Below, in pieces: positions 37,417 to 45,996 of a stretch of 62,822 nucleotides of DNA. The notes below the pieces were generated by a model, which saw only the letters and a list, made by a program, of their open reading frames with translations, did no database searches and was not told where the DNA came from. Source of the stretch: Planctomycetota bacterium (GTDB lineage Bacteria > Planctomycetota > Phycisphaerae > Tepidisphaerales > Tepidisphaeraceae); assembly GCA_039182125.1 (NCBI GenBank), contig JBCDCH010000017.1:1-62822 (forward strand), in the 5' to 3' direction. Position 1 is the stretch's first letter. Each line of letters opens with the position of its first letter. The translations under genes and the position numbers were made by a program.

Positions 37417-38207
37417 GTGACGAGCCCCGGCAGGTTTGGCGGATCTGCCGAGAAGTTCACCTGCCAACCGCTTTCACTGGGTTCGGTGCAAGGGAATATG
37501 GCGGACGCTGGAACAGTGTCGGAACACCGATGGTCTACTGCGCGGGCTCTTTAGCCTTGGCATTTCTGGAAGTTCTGGTCCATGTGCGCAGCGAGTTCGA
37601 CCTGACAGACCTGCGTCGTCTCTCGATCGAGCTGCCGGTCGACCTTATTGAGATGCCGGCAGTCTCGGATCTTCCGCCGAACTGGGCCGCCGACGTCCCG
37701 GACGCGGCGGCCCAGCGTTTTGGGGATCGCTGGGTCGCAGAGTGCCGATCACTGGCGCTGCGTGTGCCGACTGCCTTGATGGATCACGAGTGGAACTACC
37801 TACTCAATCCCGGGCACCCGGCGTGGTCGCAACTCGCGATTGGTCAGCCCGAGACGCATCCGGTGGACCCGCGCTTACGCACTCGCGGCAGTTCCGAACG
37901 TCGCCTTTTCCAGGACATGAGGTTGCGCGTCCGAGGCACCGAGCGCCGTATCTTCTCGCGCCGAGCGGTCAGCGGTCGTGTCTCCGGCCGACGCACCAAC
38001 CCTTCAGATACTGGTGAGATGCCTAATCTCAGCTTTAGCCTCGACGACATCTCCGTCGGTGGCATGCGTGCCCAAAGTCATGAGATGGTCGAGCCCGGCG
38101 AGCATGTCGTGGTCTTCTTCCCGCCCCAAGGTAATCAAGTCGGCTGGGACGCCTACGGACGCGTGGTACGCTGCTTGCTAAAGGGCCACGGGTACGAGTT
38201 GCTATAG
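37413..38207 (+). CDS. RES-domain toxin (NAD+-targeting ParT/MbcT family) with a C-terminal PilZ-like extension
   Basis: GTG start coupled to the antitoxin stop. Residues 1-165 are collinear with Xre-RES toxins: LPTAFTGFGAREYGGRWNSVGTPMVYCAGSLALAFLEVLVH…NYLLNPGHP. Residues ~170-264 carry the two PilZ signature motifs RLRVR (RxxxR) and LDDISVGGM (D-x-S-x-G-G) plus a terminal beta-rich segment HVVVFFPPQ…YGRVVRC. Confidence 0.85.
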   Translation: MSDEPRQVWRICREVHLPTAFTGFGAREYGGRWNSVGTPMVYCAGSLALAFLEVLVHVRSEFDLTDLRRLSIELPVDLIEMPAVSDLPPNWAADVPDAAAQRFGDRWVAECRSLALRVPTALMDHEWNYLLNPGHPAWSQLAIGQPETHPVDPRLRTRGSSERRLFQDMRLRVRGTERRIFSRRAVSGRVSGRRTNPSDTGEMPNLSFSLDDISVGGMRAQSHEMVEPGEHVVVFFPPQGNQVGWDAYGRVVRCLLKGHGYELL

Positions 38208-38325
38208 AGTTCGATCCACTGCCAGCGGCGTGACAACTCAGTCGTACCATTGTGCTACAGCAGTCTCAATGCATCACTTTTGAGCACTGCTCGTGGTTTG
38301 CCAAAAAGACGGTGAGATTAGCGGA

Positions 38326-39612
38326 TTAGGTGCTGTGAACATTGCATCGGCGGCGAATCAAGCCGAGTGCACCCAGCCCGAACAGGCCGATCGTGGCGGG
38401 TTCGGGGATGGCGATGATCTCGAAGACGGTGCCGCCGATGTCGACGATGTAGAGTTCGCCGTTGGCGTCTTCGCCGAAGCTCACGATGCCGCCGGTGATG
38501 CCGCCGTTGGGGAAGACCAGGTCGGTGATGTCGGTGAAGGTGGCGTCAGGATTGGCCGGGTCGATCGTGTAGACGGTCGAGTTGACGAAGTCGGCAAAGA
38601 AGTACAGCCCGGCGTATTGGCTGGGTAGTTCCGAGCCGCGGTAGACGTAGCCGCCGGTGACCGAGCCGCGGCCGGCCGAGAGCGTGCCGTGGGCGTAGTC
38701 GAAGAGCGGATCGACCGCGCCAGAGGGTGCCGGTCCGCCGACGTTGCCGGTCGGGGTCTCGATGTCCCCTTCACGCAAACGCCAGCCAAAGTTCTGTCCG
38801 CTGGTGCCGTCGGCGATGAAGCTGATCTCTTCCCGGGCGTTTTGCCCGACGTCGCCGATGTAGAGGTCGCCGGTCAGGCTGTCGAAGCTGCTACGGAACG
38901 GATTACGCAGTCCCCATGCGAAAATCTCATCCGCATCGGGCCCGTCGAGCGGCTGGAACGGGTTGCTCTCGGGGATGCTGTACGCACCGTTCACGTCGGT
39001 GCCGTCGATGTCGATGCGGAGGATGTTGCCCAGCAGGTTGGTGGTGTTCTGGGCGTTGTTCTGTGGGTCGTTGGAGCTGCCGCCGTCGCCGGTGGCGATG
39101 TAGAGGTTTGACCCGTCGTTGGGGCTGAAGCCGATCCAGCCGCCGTTGTGGTTGTTGAACGGCTGCTCGAACTGCAGCACCGTCTCGCGCCCGACGATGG
39201 TCGGGGTGTTCGAAAGTGGATTGTCGACCGTGACCTGCTCAATGACGGTGTCGAAGGGCGTGCCGCCGGGGCCGTTGGAGGCCGTGTAGTTGATGAAGTA
39301 CTGCCCGAAGCCGGGGCTGGACGCATCGAGGAAACCGGGGTGGAAGGCAAGGCCGAGTACGCCACCTTCGCCGCCAGTGTTGAGCGTCTGACCGGTGCCG
39401 CTGGCGAATGCGGAGCCTTGCAGCGTACCGTTGTCGATCACACGGATCGCGCCGCCGCGTTCGAGGACGAACAGGCGATCATCCCCGGCGGGGGAGCCGG
39501 CAAAGATGGGAGCGTTCAGGCCGCTGGCGGTGACTTCGGTACCGATCTGTTGGGCACTAACAAAAGCCGACGACGCGACGACAGCGCAGGCGGCGGACAC
39601 GACATATTTCAT
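38326..39612 (-). CDS. PQQ-dependent soluble aldose/sugar dehydrogenase-like beta-propeller protein with PEP-CTERM anchor
   Basis: Signal peptide MKYVVSAACAVVASSAFVSA. GSDH-family motifs: GGVLGLAFHP, NHNGGWIGFSPNDGSNLYIATGDGG, FAWGLRNP, NFGWRLREG. C-terminus IPEPATIGLFGLGALGLIRRR. Confidence 0.8.
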   Translation of the reverse strand: MKYVVSAACAVVASSAFVSAQQIGTEVTASGLNAPIFAGSPAGDDRLFVLERGGAIRVIDNGTLQGSAFASGTGQTLNTGGEGGVLGLAFHPGFLDASSPGFGQYFINYTASNGPGGTPFDTVIEQVTVDNPLSNTPTIVGRETVLQFEQPFNNHNGGWIGFSPNDGSNLYIATGDGGSSNDPQNNAQNTTNLLGNILRIDIDGTDVNGAYSIPESNPFQPLDGPDADEIFAWGLRNPFRSSFDSLTGDLYIGDVGQNAREEISFIADGTSGQNFGWRLREGDIETPTGNVGGPAPSGAVDPLFDYAHGTLSAGRGSVTGGYVYRGSELPSQYAGLYFFADFVNSTVYTIDPANPDATFTDITDLVFPNGGITGGIVSFGEDANGELYIVDIGGTVFEIIAIPEPATIGLFGLGALGLIRRRCNVHST

Positions 39613-39672
39613 GGTGACTCCGAGGATGCCCCTCCGAGGGTATCCGCCAGCCAGAATCCGACATGCAGCCGA

Positions 39673-39780
39673 TCACGCGGTCAGCAACAGCAACAGGCTA
39701 GCCGTGAGGGCCGCTCCCATTGCGAGAACGCCGAGCCAGGCCGCCTTACGGTGCGTTTTTGTAAGCGTATCGGGGTGCAT
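39673..39780 (-). CDS. Possible small hydrophobic peptide (35 aa) upstream of the sugar dehydrogenase gene
   Basis: The minus-strand ORF MHPDTLTKTHRKAAWLGVLAMGAALTASLLLLLTA* has GAGG ~9 nt upstream. It lies 60 bp upstream of the 38326-39612 start. It is short and unsupported by homology. Confidence 0.3.
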   Translation of the reverse strand: MHPDTLTKTHRKAAWLGVLAMGAALTASLLLLLTA

Positions 39781-39841
39781 TTCACTCATCCTCGAATCTC
39801 CTAGGCCTAAAGGTACACGGTCGCGTATGTCATGCAAGGGC

Positions 39842-39866
39842 AAAACCGCCCGATCCGGGCGGTTTC
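39842..39866. promoter_or_regulatory. Stem-loop flanked by A4/T3 (aaaa-ccgcccg-atc-cgggcgg-ttt) in the divergent nadC/sugar-DH intergenic region
   Basis: Perfect 7-bp GC stem with a 3-nt loop, 23 nt upstream of the nadC ATG. On the minus strand it reads as a terminator (stem + TTTT). Confidence 0.4.
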
Positions 39867-39888
39867 ACACGGCGCTAGCATCCGGGCA

Positions 39889-40839
39889 ATGGCCCACACC
39901 GAACCCTCCCGCCCGGGCGTCACCGAGCCGCACCGGATGCCCGTGCAACTGCCGCCGCTGCAACGGTTTGAGGCCGTCATGCGGATGACGCTGGACGAGG
40001 ACCTTGCCGATGGCGGCGATGTCACGAGTCGTCTGACGATCGCCGAGGACGCGGTCGGCACCGGGGCGTTCGTGCAAAAAGCGGCCGGGGTGGTGTGCGG
40101 CCTGCCGCTGGTCGGCCACGTCGCCCGGATGTTCGACGAGCGGCTCGTCGTCGAGACGCTGCCGGGGTTTCACATGAACAACGTCGAAGGGAGCTACGCC
40201 ACGAGCCGGACCGAGCCGGTGCTGCGGATGCGCGGGCCGCTGAGGTCACTGCTGGCCGCCGAGCGGACCTGTCTGAACTTGCTCACGCACCTCTCGGGCA
40301 TCGCCACGCTCACCCGGCAGTTCGTCACCGCCGTCGAGGGCACCGGTGCAAAGATCTACGACACCCGCAAAACCACGCCGGGTCTGCGTGACTTGGAGAA
40401 GTACGCCGTCCGCGTCGGCTGGGGCGAGAACCACCGCATGGGTCTGTACGACATGGTGCTGGTGAAGGACAACCACATCGCGGGGCTGGCGATGCCCTTG
40501 GGTCAGGCGGTCGCCGAGGTGGTGAGACGGAGCCGGGCCGAGGATGCCGATCGACCGATCGAGATCGAGGTCGACACGCTCGAACAGTTCGAAGTCGTGC
40601 TGGGCGTGCCGGGGGTGGACGTGATCCTTTTGGACAATATGGACTGCCCGACGATGGCCAAGGCGGTCGCGCTGCGGGACGCGGCGGGGCACGGAGCGGT
40701 GCTCGAAGCCAGCGGCGGCGTCAACCTCGACACCGTCCGCGCCATTGCCGAGACCGGCGTCGAACGCATCGCGATCGGTGCGTTGACCCACAGTGCGCCG
40801 GCCCTGGATATCGGGCTCGACGTCGTCGCGGATCAGTAA
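39889..40839 (+). CDS. nadC: Nicotinate-nucleotide pyrophosphorylase (carboxylating) / quinolinate phosphoribosyltransferase
   Basis: Collinear with E. coli NadC: …LDEDLADGGDVTS…LLAAERTCLNLLTHLSGIAT…IYDTRKTTPGLRDLEKYAVRVGWGENHRMGLYDMVLVKDNHI…IEVEVDTLEQ…ILLDNM…ASGGVN. Start placed at the ATG at 39889 by N-terminal alignment; the ORF could begin at 39832. Confidence 0.9.
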   Translation: MAHTEPSRPGVTEPHRMPVQLPPLQRFEAVMRMTLDEDLADGGDVTSRLTIAEDAVGTGAFVQKAAGVVCGLPLVGHVARMFDERLVVETLPGFHMNNVEGSYATSRTEPVLRMRGPLRSLLAAERTCLNLLTHLSGIATLTRQFVTAVEGTGAKIYDTRKTTPGLRDLEKYAVRVGWGENHRMGLYDMVLVKDNHIAGLAMPLGQAVAEVVRRSRAEDADRPIEIEVDTLEQFEVVLGVPGVDVILLDNMDCPTMAKAVALRDAAGHGAVLEASGGVNLDTVRAIAETGVERIAIGALTHSAPALDIGLDVVADQ

Positions 40840-43800
40840 CCCTCGTCGGTGCGGAAGAACGTGAGCGCGAACAGGTAGATTCCGCCACCGATCGCGGCGG
40901 CGATCCACCACGTGATCATGATTTGCGTGCCCGGGATCGTGACGCCCATGAGGCCGATCGTCGCGACGACCGAGCCGTAGGTCAGGACGCTGAAGAGTCG
41001 CGGGGCAAAGACGATGCTGGAGATCAGGATCATCGCCGCGATGGCGACGTGGAAGCCGCTGAGCTTCGCGCCGAGGGTTGGATGAAGATACCGGGTGAGT
41101 GCGTTGTTCCGGTCGGCGATGTTCTCGGTCATGCCGGTCGCCCGGAGGTCGACGCCCGCGTCGATTTCGTCTTCGCCGCGGACACGGCGGGAGCCGCCGG
41201 CGGTGGTGGACCCGTCCTCGGCGACCTGCGACACGTCGGCCAGGTTGTCGTTGAGGTTGAGCCCGGTATCGAACTTCGCCGACCACGAGCCGGTGTTGAG
41301 CCACAACGCGAACACGCCCATCAGCACGAAACCCAGCAACAGTCGCAACTGCGGTCCGAGCACGATGTCGACCGGTGAGCCGAACCGCCGGCGGAACCAG
41401 CTTTCGTGGACGCGATTGGTCTTGCCGTCGTCGTAGACGATCTTGCGTTTCTCGATGGCGTCGGAACCGGTGCCGGTCGCTTGCGGTTCGTCGGGCTGCT
41501 CCTCCTCGACCGGTTCTTCCTCGCGCGGGGCGGGGATGGTCGGTTTGGCTTTCTCCTCGGCTTCCTGGCGGAAGTTCTCGGCCAGGTCGGCGAACCGCAG
41601 CGCGTTGGCCCGCGCTTGCTTCTCGGCAACCGCTTCGCCGATGCCCTTGCTCCGCAGGCGTTGCTTCTCGACGGCGATGAGCATCTTCTCGTCGCGGCGT
41701 TTGCGTTTGTACTCGAGCCGACGGTCGATCCAGTTGAGCAGCGGCTCGCGCCAGGTGCCGTGGCGGGGGCGTTCCTTGCCGCCGTCCCGTCCGAAGACGG
41801 GGCGGGCTTCTATCTTCTCGTCGTAGCCGAAGATTTCCTCGTAAAGCTCTTCCCAGTGGTCGCCGGACTTGGTCGCGACGAAGTGCTGGAGGGCGTTCTC
41901 GTCGTAGCCTTCCTTTCTCAAGCGACGCAACAGGAGCTTGACCGAGTTGAGCGGTGCTTCGCGTTGCTTGATCAGCGGCACGTCGATCGCGTGATGGAAA
42001 CCGATCGCGAGCCCGACGCCCAGGACGGCCGCCCCGAGCCACCACCAGTGCAGGTTCAGGGAGACCAGCACGACGATCATCAGCACGCCCCCCGCGAGTA
42101 AACCGAGAGCGTCGACGAGCCCGCCGTCGGTGAGGAGTTGGCGGAGCCGGGACCAGACATGCGTGCGCTGCTTGATCCCGCCGTAGATCAGGTAGGCGAG
42201 CGTGGTGGTGACCGCAAGCCCGGCACAGGCACCGGCGAGGCCGACCTTGTTGACGGTGCTCTCGACGAACACCGCGAACAGGATCGCGCCGATGACGCAC
42301 AGCACATAGAAGCCGGCAATGCTCCAGGTGCGGACCGACTTCATGGATGCCGAGACGTAACGCCCGGCGGCGGCGGCCATGGTCTTCTCCGCGTCGCCGG
42401 TGGGCGTGACGCCCACGCCCTCGAACTCTTCGAGCCATTCTTCGAGAACGCGAATCGTTTCGCGCATCGTTTGCGGGCGGTCGGCCGGGTCCTTGGCCAT
42501 CATCTGCAGCACGATCTGCCCCAGCGAGCCGGGCACGGCGTCGGCGACCTTGTCCGGCGGGACCGGGTCGCGGACCGTGTGCATCTCCATGACCTCTTCC
42601 GCATCGCTGCCTTCGAAGGGCGGCCGACCGGTGAGCAGGTGGTACAGCGAACAGCCCAGCGCGTAGATGTCGGCACGTTGGTCCACGTTGGCGGCGTCCA
42701 GCGCCTGCTCGGGGGCCATGTACGCCGGCGTCCCCATGGCGACCGACATCTGTGTCGCGCTGGCTGCGGACGCGCTGTCGAGCTTGGTGGTGTGGGCTTC
42801 ACGGCGGTTGCGGATCATCGTCCGCGTGGATTCGCTGGACCCGCCGAGTCGGCCCGGTTCCACCTCACCGACACGTTTGGCCAGACCCAGGTCCGCGACC
42901 TTGACGATGCCCTCGTCGTTGAGCAGCAGGTTCTCCGGCTTCACATCGCGATGGACGAGCCCCATCTCGTGGGCATATCGCAGCCCTCGCGCCGCTTGCA
43001 GGATGAGACCGACCGCCTCGCCGGGCGCGAGTTGGCCCATGTCCCGCGACGTCTTGCCCAGGTTGGTGCCCGGTACGAACTCCATCGAGAAGTAGTGGTG
43101 CGGCTTCTCCGCGCCGATGTCGTAGACCTGCACGACGTTGTGGTGCGAAAGCTGGGCGGCGGCATAGGCCTCGCGGGTGAAGCGGGCGACGAATTCTTCG
43201 TCGCCGGCCAGGTCCGATGCGAGCATCTTCAGAGCCACGTCGCGGTCGAGTGAAATCTGGCGGGCGAGATAAACGCTGCCCATGCCGCCTTGGCCGATCT
43301 TCTTTTGCAGTTCGTAATTGCCGAGTCGTTTGGGCACGCCGGGATCGCGGGGGACGTTGGTGACGCGCAAGGCGTCGGGGTCGTTGGCGGGGGCGACCGG
43401 TTTCTCCACGCCGGTCAACCGCAGCGCGTTCGGATCGTTGGCCGGCGGAGCGTCGGCGACCTGGCTCGGCGGCATCGTGCCGTCGGCCGCAGCTGACGAA
43501 GGGGCGGGTGCGACCGTCGCGTCGGCCTCGACGGCACGTCGGGTCGGGGCCACGGTCGCGCCGGAATCGGCCGCAGCCTCGGCGGTGCGCGGTTGTCTCG
43601 CGGTCGGCTTGTCGGTGCGCAGACTCGGGTTGCCGGTGGGCTTGCGGCGCCTGGGCGGCTTGCGGATCGCGGTCACTTCCATGCCCAAGGCTGCCGCGAG
43701 ATCGTCGTCACCGTCGTCGATACCGACGGCGGTTTTGATCCGGCCCGACTGGCTGATGGACAAGTCGAACTTCCGGTTGCAGCCGGCGCAGCGTGGGCGG

Positions 43801-43916
43801 AACTTGCCGGCGCGGACCGATTGGAGCTTCATCACGTGCCCGCAGTGTGGGCATTGGATCGAGGTGGCAGCCACGTCCCAGTATTCTGCAACGGACCACC
43901 TGTCGCGGCAAATCAT
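40833..43916 (-). CDS. Ser/Thr protein kinase with N-terminal zinc-ribbon and C-terminal polytopic membrane domain
   Basis: 1027-aa ORF. The N-terminus has CPHCGH…CAGC (double CxxC). The Hanks kinase core reads YELQKKIGQGGMGSVYLA…VALK…HRDVKPENLLL…DLGLAK…GTPAYMAPE. Pro-rich linkers and at least 6 predicted TM helices follow in the last ~450 aa. Confidence 0.85.
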   Translation of the reverse strand: MICRDRWSVAEYWDVAATSIQCPHCGHVMKLQSVRAGKFRPRCAGCNRKFDLSISQSGRIKTAVGIDDGDDDLAAALGMEVTAIRKPPRRRKPTGNPSLRTDKPTARQPRTAEAAADSGATVAPTRRAVEADATVAPAPSSAAADGTMPPSQVADAPPANDPNALRLTGVEKPVAPANDPDALRVTNVPRDPGVPKRLGNYELQKKIGQGGMGSVYLARQISLDRDVALKMLASDLAGDEEFVARFTREAYAAAQLSHHNVVQVYDIGAEKPHHYFSMEFVPGTNLGKTSRDMGQLAPGEAVGLILQAARGLRYAHEMGLVHRDVKPENLLLNDEGIVKVADLGLAKRVGEVEPGRLGGSSESTRTMIRNRREAHTTKLDSASAASATQMSVAMGTPAYMAPEQALDAANVDQRADIYALGCSLYHLLTGRPPFEGSDAEEVMEMHTVRDPVPPDKVADAVPGSLGQIVLQMMAKDPADRPQTMRETIRVLEEWLEEFEGVGVTPTGDAEKTMAAAAGRYVSASMKSVRTWSIAGFYVLCVIGAILFAVFVESTVNKVGLAGACAGLAVTTTLAYLIYGGIKQRTHVWSRLRQLLTDGGLVDALGLLAGGVLMIVVLVSLNLHWWWLGAAVLGVGLAIGFHHAIDVPLIKQREAPLNSVKLLLRRLRKEGYDENALQHFVATKSGDHWEELYEEIFGYDEKIEARPVFGRDGGKERPRHGTWREPLLNWIDRRLEYKRKRRDEKMLIAVEKQRLRSKGIGEAVAEKQARANALRFADLAENFRQEAEEKAKPTIPAPREEEPVEEEQPDEPQATGTGSDAIEKRKIVYDDGKTNRVHESWFRRRFGSPVDIVLGPQLRLLLGFVLMGVFALWLNTGSWSAKFDTGLNLNDNLADVSQVAEDGSTTAGGSRRVRGEDEIDAGVDLRATGMTENIADRNNALTRYLHPTLGAKLSGFHVAIAAMILISSIVFAPRLFSVLTYGSVVATIGLMGVTIPGTQIMITWWIAAAIGGGIYLFALTFFRTDEGY

Positions 43917-43936
43917 TGCGGTGATACGCTGCGGTC

Positions 43937-45421
43937 GTGAGCGAGATTCGAACGGACGTGTTAATCGTCGGCGGCGGGACCGGTGGGGTCGCTGCGGCGC
44001 TGGCGGCGTGTGATCTAGACAAGCGCGTGGTCATGACCGAGCCGACGCCTTGGCTCGGCGGGCAACTCACCAGCCAAGCCGTCCCGCCGGACGAGCACCG
44101 CTGGATCGAGCAGTTCGGCTGTACCGCGAGCTACCGACGCTTCCGCGAAGGCGTGCGGCAGTACTACCGCGATCATTACCCGTTGACCGACGCCGCCCGG
44201 CGTGATCCGCACCTCAATCCCGGCGGCGGCGATGTGAGCCGACTGTGCTTCGAGCCACGCGTGGGCGTGGCGGTGATCGACGCGATGTTGGCGGCGCATC
44301 GGGCCAGCGGCCGGCTCATGGTGCTGCACGGGATCGAGCCGGTCGATGTCGACACGGTCAAGGGCAAGGTGCGACACGTCGGTTTCTCCGACGGCTCGCA
44401 CGTCTCGGCCGACATGTTGCTCGATGCGACGGAACTCGGCGACCTACTGCCGTTGGCGAAAGCGGCGTACACGATCGGCAGCGAAGCGCAGTCCGAGTTC
44501 GGCGAACCGGACGCGCCGAGTGTCGGCGACGTTGAAGATGTGCAGAGCTTCACATGGGTCGCGGCGATCGACCACGACCCGGACCACCCGCGGCCGATCA
44601 AGAAGCCGGCGAGTTACGACCGATGGCTCGCCGAACCGCAGCCTGACGTGCCCGACGGGAGGCTGATTGATTGGCAGTACACCCGACCGACCGACGCGTT
44701 CAGCGGTCGCGGTTCCTTGTTCGAGGAAGAGGGTGCGTACTCGTTGTTCCGCTACCGGCAAGTCGTTGATGATTTGCAGTGGCAGATCGGCGTGACGGAC
44801 GTGTCCTTGTTGAACTGGCCGCAGAACGATTACGCCGGTGGTCGAGTGGTCGATGTCCCGGCCGAGCTCGCGAAGCAGCGGCTGGCCGAGGCGAAAGAGT
44901 TGACCCGCTGTGTCGTTTACTGGCTGCAACAACAGGAGCCCGGCATCCGTCTGCGGCCGGACATGCTCGGTACGAACGACGGCTTCGCGCTCGCCCCGTA
45001 TCACCGCGAGGGGCGTCGCATCCGCGCCCGGTTCACGATCACCCAGCAGCACGTTGCCGCCAAATGTCGCCCCGACGGCAAGGCGGAGGTCTTCGCGGAC
45101 AGCGTCGGCGTCGGGGCGTACCGCATGGACTTGCATCCCTCGGCGTCGGGTCGATCGAGCATGTACGCGGAGGTCTGTCCGTTCCAGATTCCGATGCACG
45201 CGCTGCTCCCCGCCGACGGGCCAAGCAACCTGATCGCCGCCGCGAAGAACATCGGCACGACGCACTTGACCAACGGCTGTTATCGCCTGCACCCGATCGA
45301 GTGGAACATCGGTGAGGCGGCGGGCGTGATGGCGGCGGTGGGAACGGATGTCGCGACGGTGCAGGACGTGCTGCGCAAACGCGGCGTTGAGCTCGCCTGG
45401 CCGACGATTGGCATCTTCTGA
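43937..45421 (+). CDS. FAD-dependent oxidoreductase (FAD_oxidored family)
   Basis: N-terminal Rossmann motif DVLIVGGGTGGVAAALAA…GGQLTS. Overall length ~494 aa with no other diagnostic motif. The family assignment is by resemblance only. Confidence 0.7.
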   Translation: MSEIRTDVLIVGGGTGGVAAALAACDLDKRVVMTEPTPWLGGQLTSQAVPPDEHRWIEQFGCTASYRRFREGVRQYYRDHYPLTDAARRDPHLNPGGGDVSRLCFEPRVGVAVIDAMLAAHRASGRLMVLHGIEPVDVDTVKGKVRHVGFSDGSHVSADMLLDATELGDLLPLAKAAYTIGSEAQSEFGEPDAPSVGDVEDVQSFTWVAAIDHDPDHPRPIKKPASYDRWLAEPQPDVPDGRLIDWQYTRPTDAFSGRGSLFEEEGAYSLFRYRQVVDDLQWQIGVTDVSLLNWPQNDYAGGRVVDVPAELAKQRLAEAKELTRCVVYWLQQQEPGIRLRPDMLGTNDGFALAPYHREGRRIRARFTITQQHVAAKCRPDGKAEVFADSVGVGAYRMDLHPSASGRSSMYAEVCPFQIPMHALLPADGPSNLIAAAKNIGTTHLTNGCYRLHPIEWNIGEAAGVMAAVGTDVATVQDVLRKRGVELAWPTIGIF

Positions 45422-45471
45422 TCGGGCGGTTTGTCGCAGGGAGCGCTGCGACATCTGTTCAACAATGCGAC

Positions 45472-45996
45472 ATGGCCGCCGCGAACAAATCCCTGCTGGC
45501 CGCGACGCTGGTGATCGCGGGCATTCTTGTGCTGGGCATCGGGTATCTGCTGCTCTTGGCGCTGAACGCGCCGGGGCCGTTGGATGAGTTTCGCCTGCCG
45601 GACGGCTCGATCGACCAGATGGCGTTGGGGAAGAACGTGTACATGAAAAACTGTCTGGCCTGTCACATGGCCGAAGGACAGGGTGGTCCGAACAACGTCC
45701 CGCCGCTGGTCGGTAGCGAGTGGCTCATCGAGGATAAGGAGACGCCGATCCGTATCATGCTCGGCGGACTGGTCGGGCCGATCACCGTGAAGGGGCAGCT
45801 CTACGAGGGCGGGATCATGGCGCGGTGGAGCCACCTCGGCGACGAACGGATCGCGGCGGTGTTGACGTACACCCGGAAGAGCTGGGGCAACGATGCCGAG
45901 CCGATCGGTGCCGAGGAGGTCGCGGCACTACGCGGCTCGATCCCGCCGCGACCGTGGACGGCCGAGCGATTGATCGAGGCGCGGCGAAACGACTAG
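45472..45996 (+). CDS. Membrane-anchored class I c-type cytochrome
   Basis: N-terminal TM helix (LLAATLVIAGILVLGIGYLLLLAL); a single haem-binding CLACH motif; a Met-containing distal segment. Confidence 0.75.
   Translation: MAAANKSLLAATLVIAGILVLGIGYLLLLALNAPGPLDEFRLPDGSIDQMALGKNVYMKNCLACHMAEGQGGPNNVPPLVGSEWLIEDKETPIRIMLGGLVGPITVKGQLYEGGIMARWSHLGDERIAAVLTYTRKSWGNDAEPIGAEEVAALRGSIPPRPWTAERLIEARRND

Noticed and set aside
40246-42438. 730-aa minus-strand ORF (the largest unassigned ORF in the track)
   Set aside because: It is entirely contained within, and in a different frame from, the Ser/Thr kinase gene. The translation is dominated by Arg/His/Pro/Gly runs with no hydrophobic core, a typical alternate-frame artefact of ~65% GC DNA.
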